Below, piece after piece: positions 1 to 8,652 of a DNA stretch of 64,000 nt. A program made the translations under genes and the position numbers. The stretch is from NCBI GenBank assembly GCA_017552965.1, contig JAFZNQ010000117.1:1319-65318 (forward strand). The letters are read 5' to 3'. Position 1 is the first letter of the stretch. Every line of letters starts with the position of its first letter. The DNA is from Abditibacteriota bacterium (GTDB lineage: Bacteria > Armatimonadota > UBA5829). The notes under the pieces are model-generated. The model had not been told where the DNA came from, ran no database searches, and saw only the letters and a program-made list of their open reading frames with translations.

Positions 1-291
1 GTAAAGGGAGGGCACGGCGTCAATGACGCCAACGACTTCCTCTTCGGACCGGACGGCGGCTGCTGGTTCGAGGGAACGCGGATAGACAACCCCAATACTC
101 ACGGGACCGGGTGCACTCTGTCCTCTGCCATTTGCGCCGATCTGGCCAAGGGCTTCGGACTCGCGGAGAGCATACAGATGGCCAAGAGCTACGTGTCCGG
201 CGCTCTGGGAGCCATGCTGGACCTGGGCCATGGCAAGGGTCCCGTGCGCCACAACTTCGACCTCTCCGGCAAATACGCCGCCCGGGCATAG
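1..291 (+). CDS. thiD: hydroxymethylpyrimidine/phosphomethylpyrimidine kinase ThiD, C-terminal part (5' end outside window)
   Basis: Frame-1 translation ...GTGCTLSSAICADLAKGF...AKSYVSGALGAMLDLGHGKGPVRHNF... matches the ThiD C-terminus; stop TAG 289-291 is followed by a terminator hairpin. Confidence 0.65.
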   Translation, partial: VKGGHGVNDANDFLFGPDGGCWFEGTRIDNPNTHGTGCTLSSAICADLAKGFGLAESIQMAKSYVSGALGAMLDLGHGKGPVRHNFDLSGKYAARA

Positions 292-304
292 CAGACGAAA
301 TAAT

Positions 305-334
305 CAGCCGGCCTCGGGCCGGCTGTCTGTTTTG
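305..334. terminator. rho-independent terminator between convergent thiD and the HIRAN operon (probably bidirectional)
   Basis: cagccggcc-tcg-ggccggctg stem followed by tctgtttt. Confidence 0.6.
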
Positions 335-368
335 ATGCGGTGATCTGCCGCAAAGGATGCGGAGGTCT

Positions 369-767
369 TCAAAAGTCCACCAGGTATATGCCTATGGCGA
401 TCTTTGTATAGGTGCCCTGTTTTTCGACGCCCGTGATCCTGGCTGCCAGGAGCTTGCCTGCGTCCATGAGCCGCGAAAAGATGACGTTGTCTTTTTCGGG
501 CACGTAGCCCAGCTTTTTGCCGCTGTCCGTCAGGACCAGGATAGCCTTGGCGTCGTATTTGTTGTCTTCTCTCTGCAGAGTCAGCTTGTCTCCGGTCCTG
601 ATGGTATCCAGCACGCTCTTGTCCTTCAGATGGGAGGTGCCCGCCACGAAGGTGTCAAAGAGGTGTATCTCCTCTATCAGGGGCTTGAGCAGCTCGCCCA
701 GGCCTTTTTCTTCTATGACCGTAACCAGGGAGCTCTCAGGGTTTTGCTTGGCCAGCTTGTCGGACAT
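369..767 (-). CDS. HIRAN domain protein (132 aa)
   Basis: LFDTFVAGTSHLKD...LTLQREDNKYDAKAILVLTDSGKKLGYVPEKDNVIFSRLMDAGKLLAARITGV aligns residue by residue with the HLTF/Rad5 HIRAN domain (LQR-NN-YD-NAI-V...G...G...MD....A...GV); last gene of a 3-gene minus-strand operon. Confidence 0.6.
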   Translation of the reverse strand: MSDKLAKQNPESSLVTVIEEKGLGELLKPLIEEIHLFDTFVAGTSHLKDKSVLDTIRTGDKLTLQREDNKYDAKAILVLTDSGKKLGYVPEKDNVIFSRLMDAGKLLAARITGVEKQGTYTKIAIGIYLVDF

Positions 768-770
768 TTG

Positions 771-1529
771 TTATCCTCCTTGATCCTGCAGTCTGTCTAT
801 CACCTGCTGCAGCTCTTCCGCATGCCTGAGATATGCTTCTGTTTCTTCCTTCAGCTCTGCGGTCTTGTTTTCCGTTTCCTCCGGATCCTCGATGATATAG
901 CGCAGGATCCAGGGCTCCGTGGTCATGATCTCTTCTATCTCTGCCCTCAGCTCGATGATCCTGCCCTTTATGTCGGGGATGTCGATCTGCAGTCCGTCCC
1001 TGCCCATATCCGTCAACAGCCTGTTTGCCAGTATCTCCAGCTCACTGAGCAGCTTGGCGTCATTGGCGTAGTAGGCCTCTGTTATGCTCAGCCACAGCTC
1101 CTTCAGGGGTCCGTCGGATCCTGTCTCGCGGCATATATCGGGATGGAGACGCTTTGCCAAGCGCCGGTAGATCTGCTTGCTCTTTTCCACGTCCTCCGCG
1201 GAGGACCGCTCCGCTTTTGCGGCCCGGGCTGCATCTTCCTGCATCTGCAGCAGTCTGTCCCGGTACACCTCCATCTCCTTTTGGATCCGGGCCAGCATTT
1301 CCTTCCTGTCCGGCTGCTCGCCCCGGTTGAGGGCTGCCTGGATAAAGGCGATGATCTTTTTGCACCTGATACATTCCACCTTTGCCCGGTAGTTCTTGAC
1401 CATCAGATCGCCGAACAGCTGCAGATACTCGATGCGTATGGAGACCGCTTCCTTTTTCAGAGCGTCTCTTTTGACCAGCAGGTTCGTGTATTCGAGAGTG
1501 TCCGGATCGGAGGCTTTGACTATGTTCAT
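771..1529 (-). CDS. J-domain (DnaJ-like, HPD motif) coiled-coil protein; start taken at the internal ATG (MNIVKASDPD)
   Basis: QIYRRLAKRLHPDICRETGSDGPLKELWLSITEAYYANDAKL is a helix II-HPD-helix III J-domain signature; the rest is charged and coiled-coil-like; start ATG overlaps the upstream gene's stop (ATGA); the track ORF starts 99 nt further upstream at a non-ATG codon. Confidence 0.5.
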   Translation of the reverse strand: MNIVKASDPDTLEYTNLLVKRDALKKEAVSIRIEYLQLFGDLMVKNYRAKVECIRCKKIIAFIQAALNRGEQPDRKEMLARIQKEMEVYRDRLLQMQEDAARAAKAERSSAEDVEKSKQIYRRLAKRLHPDICRETGSDGPLKELWLSITEAYYANDAKLLSELEILANRLLTDMGRDGLQIDIPDIKGRIIELRAEIEEIMTTEPWILRYIIEDPEETENKTAELKEETEAYLRHAEELQQVIDRLQDQGG

Positions 1530-2389
1530 TGGTCTATCCCGTAAACTGTGATATATTCGTAAAGGGCGGTGATGGGCTCGCCCTCTATCTCTGCCTTGGC
1601 GAAAAAGTCGTCTATGGTGCGGAACCACCTGTCTCCGAGGCGTATCCCCAGTCCGTCGCCGTCGGGGACTGCTTCCGCTTCATAGTCCTTACCGCCATAG
1701 CGGAGCAGCGCCTTTGCGGGGGAGGCGAACACGTGATACAGGTCGTATATGTCCGCGTTCCGGGGATCAAAGGGGCGGAGGGCGTAGATGCCCTCTATCA
1801 GCCATTTCATGATGGTCAGGTTGCCGAAAAAAGGGTTGCGGGCTATCCTCTCCGCCAGGACTCCCCTGGCCGTATCCCGGAGCTCCAGGGCTTCGGCGGT
1901 CCTGCCCTCTTTGTCGTATATCCCGGCCAGACGGGAATAGATCTCCGGCAGGTGTTCGCCGGGCTTTTTGTAAAGGTCTTTGATGATGGACGCGTATTTG
2001 TCATAGTCCCGCTCTACCCAGTAGCCGTTTTTGTACATATCGGCCACCTTGTAGGCCGCCGCAGTGTCACCCATTTTGGCCGCCCTGTCAAAGTAATAAA
2101 AGGCCTTTTCGTAGTTCTTTTCCCCGGTCCTGCCGTAGTACCAGATATAGCCCAGATCCGAGATGGCGTATATGTTGTCGTATTCGGCCGCCTGCTCGTA
2201 ATACTTCAGGGCCAGGTCAAACAACCGCTGTCTGTAGTAGTGGGCTCCCAGCTCCACCATGCAGTTGGGATTCTCGGTCTTCTCTATAAGGAAGCCCATA
2301 GCTTCGGTGAACATAAAGGAGTCTTCTTCCGAGGGATTGGAGAGATGATAGAATCGTCTGCGTATTTTTTCGGCTTCGCGAATGGTCAT
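1526..2389 (-). CDS. Sel1/TPR-like repeat protein (287 aa), first gene of the operon
   Basis: Repeated A-x-x-Y-x-x-A-A-x-x-G motifs (KAFYYFDRAAKMGDTAAAYKVADMYKNG etc.) typical of Sel1 repeats; RBS AAGGAGG 6 nt before the ATG. Confidence 0.55.
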   Translation of the reverse strand: MTIREAEKIRRRFYHLSNPSEEDSFMFTEAMGFLIEKTENPNCMVELGAHYYRQRLFDLALKYYEQAAEYDNIYAISDLGYIWYYGRTGEKNYEKAFYYFDRAAKMGDTAAAYKVADMYKNGYWVERDYDKYASIIKDLYKKPGEHLPEIYSRLAGIYDKEGRTAEALELRDTARGVLAERIARNPFFGNLTIMKWLIEGIYALRPFDPRNADIYDLYHVFASPAKALLRYGGKDYEAEAVPDGDGLGIRLGDRWFRTIDDFFAKAEIEGEPITALYEYITVYGIDQ

Positions 2390-2446
2390 ATGTTTCCTCC
2401 TTAATAGCTGTTGCCAGGCGCCGGCATTGCGATGGGTCCGGGCTGT

Positions 2447-2478
2447 AAAAAAGCTCCTTTGCCGGACGGCAAAGGAGC
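2447..2478 (-). terminator. rho-independent terminator directly 3' of tRNA-fMet (minus strand)
   Basis: Minus-strand gctcctttgcc-gtcc-ggcaaaggagc hairpin followed by TTTTTT. Confidence 0.6.
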
Positions 2479-2486
2479 GTGTGTTC

Positions 2487-2562
<76 letters not shown>

Positions 2563-2573
2563 TTGACATTTAT

Positions 2574-2602
2574 ATTATACCACAGAAGGCGCGGTTTGTA
2601 AA
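2574..2602 (-). promoter_or_regulatory. sigma-70 type promoter for tRNA-fMet
   Basis: Minus strand TTTACA-17 nt-TATAAT (with TGg extension) ending about 11 nt before the tRNA 5' end. Confidence 0.55.
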
Positions 2603-2637
2603 GAGGCCCGGGGCAAATAGCGAAAAAAGAGGACCGT

Positions 2638-2667
2638 TTGACACCCCGCCCGCTTTTGGGGTATAAT
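2638..2667 (+). promoter_or_regulatory. consensus sigma-70 promoter for the MtrA/TS-like fusion gene
   Basis: TTGACA-17 nt-TATAAT about 40 nt upstream of RBS AAGGAGAG and ATG 2708. Confidence 0.6.
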
Positions 2668-2707
2668 ATATATACAAACTAATATATTTGACTGCAAGGA
2701 GAGTATT

Positions 2708-5065
2708 ATGGACTTTGAGCCTTTGTTCTACGCAGACAAGCTGCGCCTCGTCAACCCTTCCGGATGCATAGGGGTAGTGTGTCTGTGGACCAAACAGGAA
2801 CATGCTCTGAAAAAGCTGGCCGAGGCGGGGATCGATCTGGGGCCCTCGTCAAAGGTGGCCCTGATAGGCAACCTGTACGGCAACGGCATTTCCGAGCTGG
2901 CTGCCAATCTGATGTATAACCCCCAGATACAGGGGTTGCTCATATGCGGCTCCAACATGTCCGGCTCTGCCGAGGACCTGATAGCCCTGTACACAGACGG
3001 CATACGCGAGACCGAGCAGCTGGGCTGCAGGGTCAGGGTCATAGCCGGCAGGGACCGGGTGGTGAACAACGCCCTGGATATGTCCCTCGCAAGTCAAAAG
3101 CCGGTCCTCTGCTACGCCGGAGACTTCTCTTCTCCCGACACTCTGACAAAAGCCGCGGATTTCGTCAACGGCTTCACACCCTCTCCCGTGACCTCCGAAC
3201 GTATAGCCATCACCATGGAAAAGCCTGCGGTGACAGTGTGTCCCACGGAGCCCCGCAGCCTGGTCATCACCCGGGACGACCCTCTGAGCGCCTGGCGGGA
3301 GCTGGTGTTCTGCCTCAACAGGTTCGGGGTCCCCGTGATGCTCAGAAAAGGGGAGCGGCGGGAGCTGCAAAACGTGAAGGTGGTCATCCGGGACTTTGAC
3401 GTCGATGAGGAAGAGCTGAAGAAATACGGCTTCAGGCTCTCCGAGCTGGAGGACTACCGCCAAAAGCTGCTCTCCGGCTATCTGCCTCCGGACCAGGAAT
3501 ACACCTACGGCAACCGCATCAGGGAATACTTCGGCTTTGACTTTCTGGAGAACACCATAGACAAGCTGTCGGCCTATGTGAATGACCGGGACTGCTATCT
3601 GTCCCTGTGGGACCCCAAGCGCGACACCTACGGCAAAGACGCTCCCTGCATGGTGAGCCTCTTTTTCAGAGTCTTTCAGGGCGAGCTGACCCTCACTGCG
3701 TTTTTCCGCACCCACAACGGGATGGACGCTTGGCTGAAAAACGCCTGGGGCATCAGGGGCCTGCAGGAATACGTGGGGGGCAGGCTGGGAATGAAATGCG
3801 GCCCCCTGACCGTCATCAGCCACAGCATCAGCATCGACACCACCAGAGGCGATTTTGCCCAGAGGGTGGCTGCCGGCAAGCAGTTTGCCCTGCACACCGA
3901 CTACAACGGTCAGGTGGAGATAGGCATAGAGGATGGCGAGATAGTGGTCACCCACGCCCGCCCGGACGGGACTCCCATCAACGTTTACCGGGGGACCGTG
4001 ACCGAGCGGCTCCAGCATGAGCTGTATCGGGACCGGGTCCTGTCGGACATAGAGCACGCCATCTTCGTGGGCAGAGAGCTGGAAAAGGCCAAGGCGGTCC
4101 TGGATGACCGCATCTCCGGGGAGGAGCGGCCCGCGGCGGCTCCCCGGCGGACCCGGCAGCTCTCCACCGGCTGTCCCACGGAGCCCCGGAGCCTGGTTAT
4201 CACCCGGGACGACCCTCTGAGCGCCTGGAAGGAGCTGGTGTTCTGCCTCAACAGGTTCGGAGTCCCCGTCATGCTCAGAAAAGGGGAGCGGAGTGAGCTG
4301 CAGAACGTAAAGGTGGTCATACGGGATTTTGAGATCAGCGAGGACAAGCTTGCCGGCTATGGCTTCAGCATGTCCGAGCTGGAGGACTACCGCAGAGAGC
4401 TCTTCCGGGAGGAGCTTCCGGAGGGAGCCGAATACACCTGCGGCAACCGCATCAGGGAATACTACGGCTTTGACTTTTTGCAGTGTGTCACAGACAAGCT
4501 GTCCGTGTATTCCAACGACCGGGACTGCTATCTGTCCCTGTGGGACCCCAAAAAGGACACCTTCGGCAGGGACGTCCCCAGTCTGGTGAGCCTGTTTTTC
4601 CGGGTCTTTCAGGGCGAGCTGACCCTGACTGCCTCATACCGCAACCACAACGTGACGGACGCCTGGCTGAAAAACGTGTACGGCCTCAGAGGCCTGCAGG
4701 AATACGTGGGAAAAAAGCTGGAGCTTGAGTGCGGCCCTATGACCGTGATCAGCATGTCTGTCAGCATCGACGCCAAAAGGAGCGACTTTGCCCGGAGAGT
4801 GGCCGGAGAAAAGGGCTTTGCCCTGAATATGGACTACAACGGCCAGGTGCTCATCATGCCGGTGGACGGTGAGATAGTGGTCACCCACACCCGCCCGGAC
4901 GGGACTCCCATCAGGGTGTACAAGGGGACGGACACGGCTATGCTCCAGCATGAGCTGGCCCGGGACAACGTCCTGTCGGACATCAATCACGCCATCTACA
5001 TAGGCAGAGAGCTGGAAAGAGCCCGGGCGGCCCTGGAAAAGGGCGCGGAATACGTCCAGGCATAG
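2708..5065 (+). CDS. fusion protein: N-terminal MtrA-like (tetrahydromethanopterin S-methyltransferase subunit A-like, corrinoid-binding fold) domain followed by two tandem thymidylate-synthase-like domains (785 aa)
   Basis: aa 15-120 (NLYGNGISELAANLMYNPQIQGLLICGSNMSGSAEDLIALYTDGI) aligns with archaeal MtrA (NLGIEKV..NPNIR.LL..GSEV.GH..G.SL.AL..NGI). Each repeat carries TS motifs YGNRIREYFG..D.L.NTIDKL....DRDCYLSLWDPK.D....APCMVSLFFRVFQGELTLTAFFRTHNGMD...N (catalytic Cys, Arg, Asn conserved). Confidence 0.55.
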   Translation: MDFEPLFYADKLRLVNPSGCIGVVCLWTKQEHALKKLAEAGIDLGPSSKVALIGNLYGNGISELAANLMYNPQIQGLLICGSNMSGSAEDLIALYTDGIRETEQLGCRVRVIAGRDRVVNNALDMSLASQKPVLCYAGDFSSPDTLTKAADFVNGFTPSPVTSERIAITMEKPAVTVCPTEPRSLVITRDDPLSAWRELVFCLNRFGVPVMLRKGERRELQNVKVVIRDFDVDEEELKKYGFRLSELEDYRQKLLSGYLPPDQEYTYGNRIREYFGFDFLENTIDKLSAYVNDRDCYLSLWDPKRDTYGKDAPCMVSLFFRVFQGELTLTAFFRTHNGMDAWLKNAWGIRGLQEYVGGRLGMKCGPLTVISHSISIDTTRGDFAQRVAAGKQFALHTDYNGQVEIGIEDGEIVVTHARPDGTPINVYRGTVTERLQHELYRDRVLSDIEHAIFVGRELEKAKAVLDDRISGEERPAAAPRRTRQLSTGCPTEPRSLVITRDDPLSAWKELVFCLNRFGVPVMLRKGERSELQNVKVVIRDFEISEDKLAGYGFSMSELEDYRRELFREELPEGAEYTCGNRIREYYGFDFLQCVTDKLSVYSNDRDCYLSLWDPKKDTFGRDVPSLVSLFFRVFQGELTLTASYRNHNVTDAWLKNVYGLRGLQEYVGKKLELECGPMTVISMSVSIDAKRSDFARRVAGEKGFALNMDYNGQVLIMPVDGEIVVTHTRPDGTPIRVYKGTDTAMLQHELARDNVLSDINHAIYIGRELERARAALEKGAEYVQA
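3239..5062 (+). repeat. tandem duplication, two units of about 933 bp each encoding one TS-like domain; about 90% nt identity over the first 160 nt compared
   Basis: 3239-3400 vs 4172-4335 are nearly identical at nucleotide level (tgtcccacggagccccg.agcctggt.atcacccgggacgaccctctgagcgcctgg...). Confidence 0.7.
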
Positions 5066-5069
5066 AGAG

Positions 5070-5097
5070 GCAGCCGGCAGGGCCGGCTGCTTTTTTT
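5070..5097. terminator. bidirectional rho-independent terminator
   Basis: gcagccggc-agg-gccggctgc followed by TTTTTTT, between convergent genes. Confidence 0.7.
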
Positions 5098-5105
5098 CTG
5101 TGACG

Positions 5106-5714
5106 TCAGAGTTCTATGGCCACGGCCCGCACCGGCGAGCTGTCGCAGGGGATGCTCAGGGGAAAGGCCGCAAAGACAAAGCGCGCGCCTGCCAGCTCCC
5201 GGGGGATGACCAGCCCCTCCACCAGAGGTATATCTTTTTCCTGCAGGGCGTTGTGACAGCGAAAGCCCGGCAGGGAGTCCACCGAGGGGACGTCCGTGGC
5301 CACCAGTCTGAAGCCCCGGTCCAGTATATACCTGCACAGCGCGTCGGAAAAGCCCGGAAAATCCAGCAAAAAGCTCTTGCCGTCCCGGGTCTTCCTCTGC
5401 CAGAAGGTGGCCACCACCAGTATCCCGCAGCCCTCCGCCTCGCAGTCCGGCGCCTGTATCAGTCCGTCCCTTATCTCCGGAGCCACGCACAGGGCTTCTC
5501 CATAGAAGGTGGAAAGGGGGAAGGAATCGATCTCCCTGCCGCCGGGAAAGGCGTGCCGGGGAGCGTCTATGTGGGTGCCTATATGGCTGCCCGTCTGCAG
5601 ATAGGTGGTCTGGGGGCAGGCCTGGGTCACGGTCATGGAGAGGGGATCGTCGCCGGGATAGGTCAGGGTGTCCGGCCCCAGAGGCTGCGAAAGATCGGTG
5701 ATTTTCATATGCAC
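5106..5714 (-). CDS. putative cyclase family protein (arylformamidase/kynurenine formamidase-like)
   Basis: GTHIDAPRHAF motif and overall length (202 aa) typical of the putative cyclase family. Confidence 0.65.
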   Translation of the reverse strand: MHMKITDLSQPLGPDTLTYPGDDPLSMTVTQACPQTTYLQTGSHIGTHIDAPRHAFPGGREIDSFPLSTFYGEALCVAPEIRDGLIQAPDCEAEGCGILVVATFWQRKTRDGKSFLLDFPGFSDALCRYILDRGFRLVATDVPSVDSLPGFRCHNALQEKDIPLVEGLVIPRELAGARFVFAAFPLSIPCDSSPVRAVAIEL

Positions 5715-5822
5715 GTCCTGTCAAAAGATATTCACCTCTATTATACCACAGCTTTCCGGGCGGGAGCTCCGGCCGGGGCCAAAACTATTTTGACGCCGCC
5801 TCAAAAAAAAATAGTATTACGG

Positions 5823-5851
5823 TTGAAATAGACGCGTGCGGGTGGTATAAT
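5823..5851 (+). promoter_or_regulatory. sigma-70 promoter upstream of rpsA
   Basis: TTGAAA-17 nt-TATAAT; roughly 85-nt leader. Confidence 0.5.
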
Positions 5852-5935
5852 AATAATGTGTGTGTTCGCAGTACAACGGAATACATTATCAGATAGTTTG
5901 GGGCGATAAGGTCCGATTGAGGAGTTGTAGGTTAA

Positions 5936-7180
5936 ATGCCTGTAGTAGAAAACGATATCAACATGGAAGACGTAATGGCTACTCTTCCTACCGAAGACAA
6001 GCAGTTAAGAAAGGGCGAGCTCGTAGAGGGCGAGGTGGTCCAGGTCAACAAGGACGAGATCCTGATCAACCTGACCAGCTATTCTCTCAAGTCCGAAGCG
6101 AGAATGCCTCTGGATCAGCTGACATCCGACAGCACTGTCACGAGCTGCGAGGAGCTGGTCAAGGTCGGCGACATCATCAAGGCCAGAGTCATAGTGCCTT
6201 CCGGCAAGAACGGCATCATTCTGTCCAAGAAGAGCGCGGACTACGATCTTCGCTGGGATGAGATCAAGGATATATACGAAGAGGGCAGGATAGTCAAGGC
6301 TGTCGCCAAGGAAGCCGTCAAGGGCGGTCTGGTGGTGGACATACTGGGCTACAGCGCCTTTTGTCCCGCATCTCAGGTGGCCGGGAAGTATGAAAACTTT
6401 GCCAAGCATGCCGGAGAGGACATGGAGTTCAAGGTCATAGAGATCGACAAGGCAAAGAGAAGGATCATCCTGTCCAACCGCAAGGTGGTCAACGAGCGCA
6501 GACAGGCTGCCAAGCGGGCCTTCTGGGACAACATCCAGGTGGGCGAAGAGCGCGAAGGCACTGTCAAGAGCGTGCTTCCCTACGGCGTGTTTGTGGATAT
6601 CGGCGGCTTTGAAGGCATGCTCCATATCAGCGAAATGAGCTGGAACCGCATCTCCGATCCTTCCAAGATGTTCAAGGTGGGAGACAAGGTCAGAGTCATA
6701 GTGCTCAGCTTTGACGAGACAAAGCAGAGAGTGTCTCTGGGCCACAAGCAGCTGCTGCCCGATCCCTGGCGCTTCGTCAAGGAAAACATCGTGGAGGGCG
6801 CCGAGTTCACCGGCAAGATCACCAGAATAGTGGCCAAGGCCGCTTTTATGGATATGGGCAACGGTTTCGAGGGCCTTATCCCTATCTCCGAGATGGCCAA
6901 CGAGCGCATCGAGACCCCCGACAAGGTATTGTCCGAGGGTGAGGAAAAGACCGTGCTGGTCAAGCAGGTCATCGACAAGGACCGCAAGGTGATACTCTCC
7001 ATCAAGGCCCTTCTGCCGGCTCCCGAGCGTCCTCAGAGAAGGCACGCCGCCGTCAGCGACAACGATGATTATGACAAGGACTTCGGATACGCCGGCCACG
7101 AAGAGGGCGGAGCATCCACCAGCATCGGAGATCTCTATGGAGATCTGCTCAAATCTACAGGCGAAGACGAAGAAGGATAA
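5936..7180 (+). CDS. rpsA: 30S ribosomal protein S1 (four S1 domains, Firmicutes-type short form) with acidic C-terminal tail
   Basis: Four repeated S1 OB-fold motifs (GE.V.G.V..V...G.FVD.GG..G..HISE...); RBS GGAG upstream. Confidence 0.8.
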   Translation: MPVVENDINMEDVMATLPTEDKQLRKGELVEGEVVQVNKDEILINLTSYSLKSEARMPLDQLTSDSTVTSCEELVKVGDIIKARVIVPSGKNGIILSKKSADYDLRWDEIKDIYEEGRIVKAVAKEAVKGGLVVDILGYSAFCPASQVAGKYENFAKHAGEDMEFKVIEIDKAKRRIILSNRKVVNERRQAAKRAFWDNIQVGEEREGTVKSVLPYGVFVDIGGFEGMLHISEMSWNRISDPSKMFKVGDKVRVIVLSFDETKQRVSLGHKQLLPDPWRFVKENIVEGAEFTGKITRIVAKAAFMDMGNGFEGLIPISEMANERIETPDKVLSEGEEKTVLVKQVIDKDRKVILSIKALLPAPERPQRRHAAVSDNDDYDKDFGYAGHEEGGASTSIGDLYGDLLKSTGEDEEG

Positions 7181-7269
7181 TCCATACGTCAAACAGGAGT
7201 GCTGTGTTATCACGGCACTCTTTTATTAAATCACGACACAGCCGAGCCCGGCAACAAGGACAGACACAA

Positions 7270-8652
7270 ATGAAAGGCATTTATTCGAAAGCGGCCATTA
7301 CCCGGAAGCAACAGTATCCCGCAGGCGACGTGCGCAATTATGCTCACCTGGTGCGAAAAGAGACCTGGCTGGAAAAGGAATTCCGCACCGGCTACTACGT
7401 GGACCGGGTCCAATTTACCGAGGGTGAGATATGGACCGACGCCATACAGGCGGCTCTCGACGAAAACAAGCGCGTTTACGTCCCCTATTTCCCCAACAGA
7501 CTGTACATAGACAAGACCCTTTATATCGGGTCCGGCACCACCCTTGAGGTGTGCGAGGGCACCGTGATCTCCCTGAAGCCGGACAGCAACTGCTGTATGC
7601 TGACCAACAAGAACTTCAAGGTGAGCCGCAGCGTCTTCGAGTTTGACTGCCCCGATACGGATATCTGCATCACAGGGGGGACCTGGTCCCTGACCAACAA
7701 TGGCAGCTACGGCGGCAACGGCAACGAATCCGGCAAAGTCCGGGACAGCGCCGGGGTGGAGCACAACGCCTTCTCGGTGATGAGCTTTACCAACGTCAAG
7801 GGGCTGCGGATAAGCAACCTCACCTTTTACGACATTACCCCCTTTGCCCTTTACGTCAGCGGCATAGAAGACTTTGATATAGAGAATCTGAAGTTTGACA
7901 AGTGCTACCGGGACGGCGTGCACGTCTGCGGCCCCGCCTCCGGGGGCAGGATACGCAACCTGACGGGCGTCACAGGAGACGACTTTGTGGCCCTCAACGC
8001 CTACGACGACTTTGGCTGCGCCCTGAGCCTGGGCAAGATAGACCACGTGCTGGTGGAAAACATAGCCTCCACTCCCGGATGGATGTGGAGCGAGAACAGG
8101 CTCCTGGCGGGAATATTCATTGCGGAGGACGGCAGGGAGATAGACTGCAGCGTGGAAGACTGCACCTTCCGCAACTGCCGGGGCTTCCACACCTACAAGG
8201 GATATCTGCAGGCCAATCTGGTGCCCGCTCCAGTTGACCGGCCGGACCGGTCCGGGCATATGGACAACCTGACCTTTGAAAACATATTCGTGGACTATAT
8301 ACAGCCCTCTGACTACTATACGGTCAAGCGCTCCGCCTTTGAAATGGGCACCAGCTGCAACAACTTTACGTTTCGCAATATATACTTCAGCTTCCCTCTG
8401 GGGGACCCCGAATACGGCGACTGGAGCTGCGTGACCTTTGGCCCCTCCTTCGCTGCTTTTCTGGATTCCAGAGGCATTATGCCCAGCAGGAATATCAGGT
8501 TTGAAAACGTGTTCCACCGGGTCGGCGGACGATACGTGGAGGCCGATCCTTCCCTTTGCGCCAGAGTGGTCACTGCCGAAGAGGACGGCGAGGTCATAGG
8601 CAAGGGCACTGCAACAGAAATCTATTATAACGAGGAAGATAAAAATGAGTAA
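7270..8652 (+). CDS. right-handed parallel beta-helix repeat protein (pectin-lyase fold, GH28-like), no signal peptide
   Basis: Repeated ...GL.I.N....D.....V....D..IEN..F motifs and a Gly/Asn-rich turn (NNGSYGGNGNESG); start moved to the internal ATG (MKGIYSK); stop overlaps the downstream gene's start. Confidence 0.45.
   Translation: MKGIYSKAAITRKQQYPAGDVRNYAHLVRKETWLEKEFRTGYYVDRVQFTEGEIWTDAIQAALDENKRVYVPYFPNRLYIDKTLYIGSGTTLEVCEGTVISLKPDSNCCMLTNKNFKVSRSVFEFDCPDTDICITGGTWSLTNNGSYGGNGNESGKVRDSAGVEHNAFSVMSFTNVKGLRISNLTFYDITPFALYVSGIEDFDIENLKFDKCYRDGVHVCGPASGGRIRNLTGVTGDDFVALNAYDDFGCALSLGKIDHVLVENIASTPGWMWSENRLLAGIFIAEDGREIDCSVEDCTFRNCRGFHTYKGYLQANLVPAPVDRPDRSGHMDNLTFENIFVDYIQPSDYYTVKRSAFEMGTSCNNFTFRNIYFSFPLGDPEYGDWSCVTFGPSFAAFLDSRGIMPSRNIRFENVFHRVGGRYVEADPSLCARVVTAEEDGEVIGKGTATEIYYNEEDKNE

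Noticed and set aside
357-1544. 395-aa plus-strand ORF overlapping the HIRAN and J-domain genes, and many similar long ORFs elsewhere (2849-4057-, 6005-7213-, 7231-8694-, 8594-9730-, 10470-11558-, 11485-12699-, 16273-18978+, 22922-24634-, 38631-39974-, 40762-42144-, 52476-54233+, 54771-55997-, 59724-61493-, 61753-63330-)
   Set aside because: Shadow ORFs typical of about 60% GC DNA: low-complexity Arg/Gly/His/Ala/Pro-rich translations, no RBS, and each lies antisense to a gene with clear homology.
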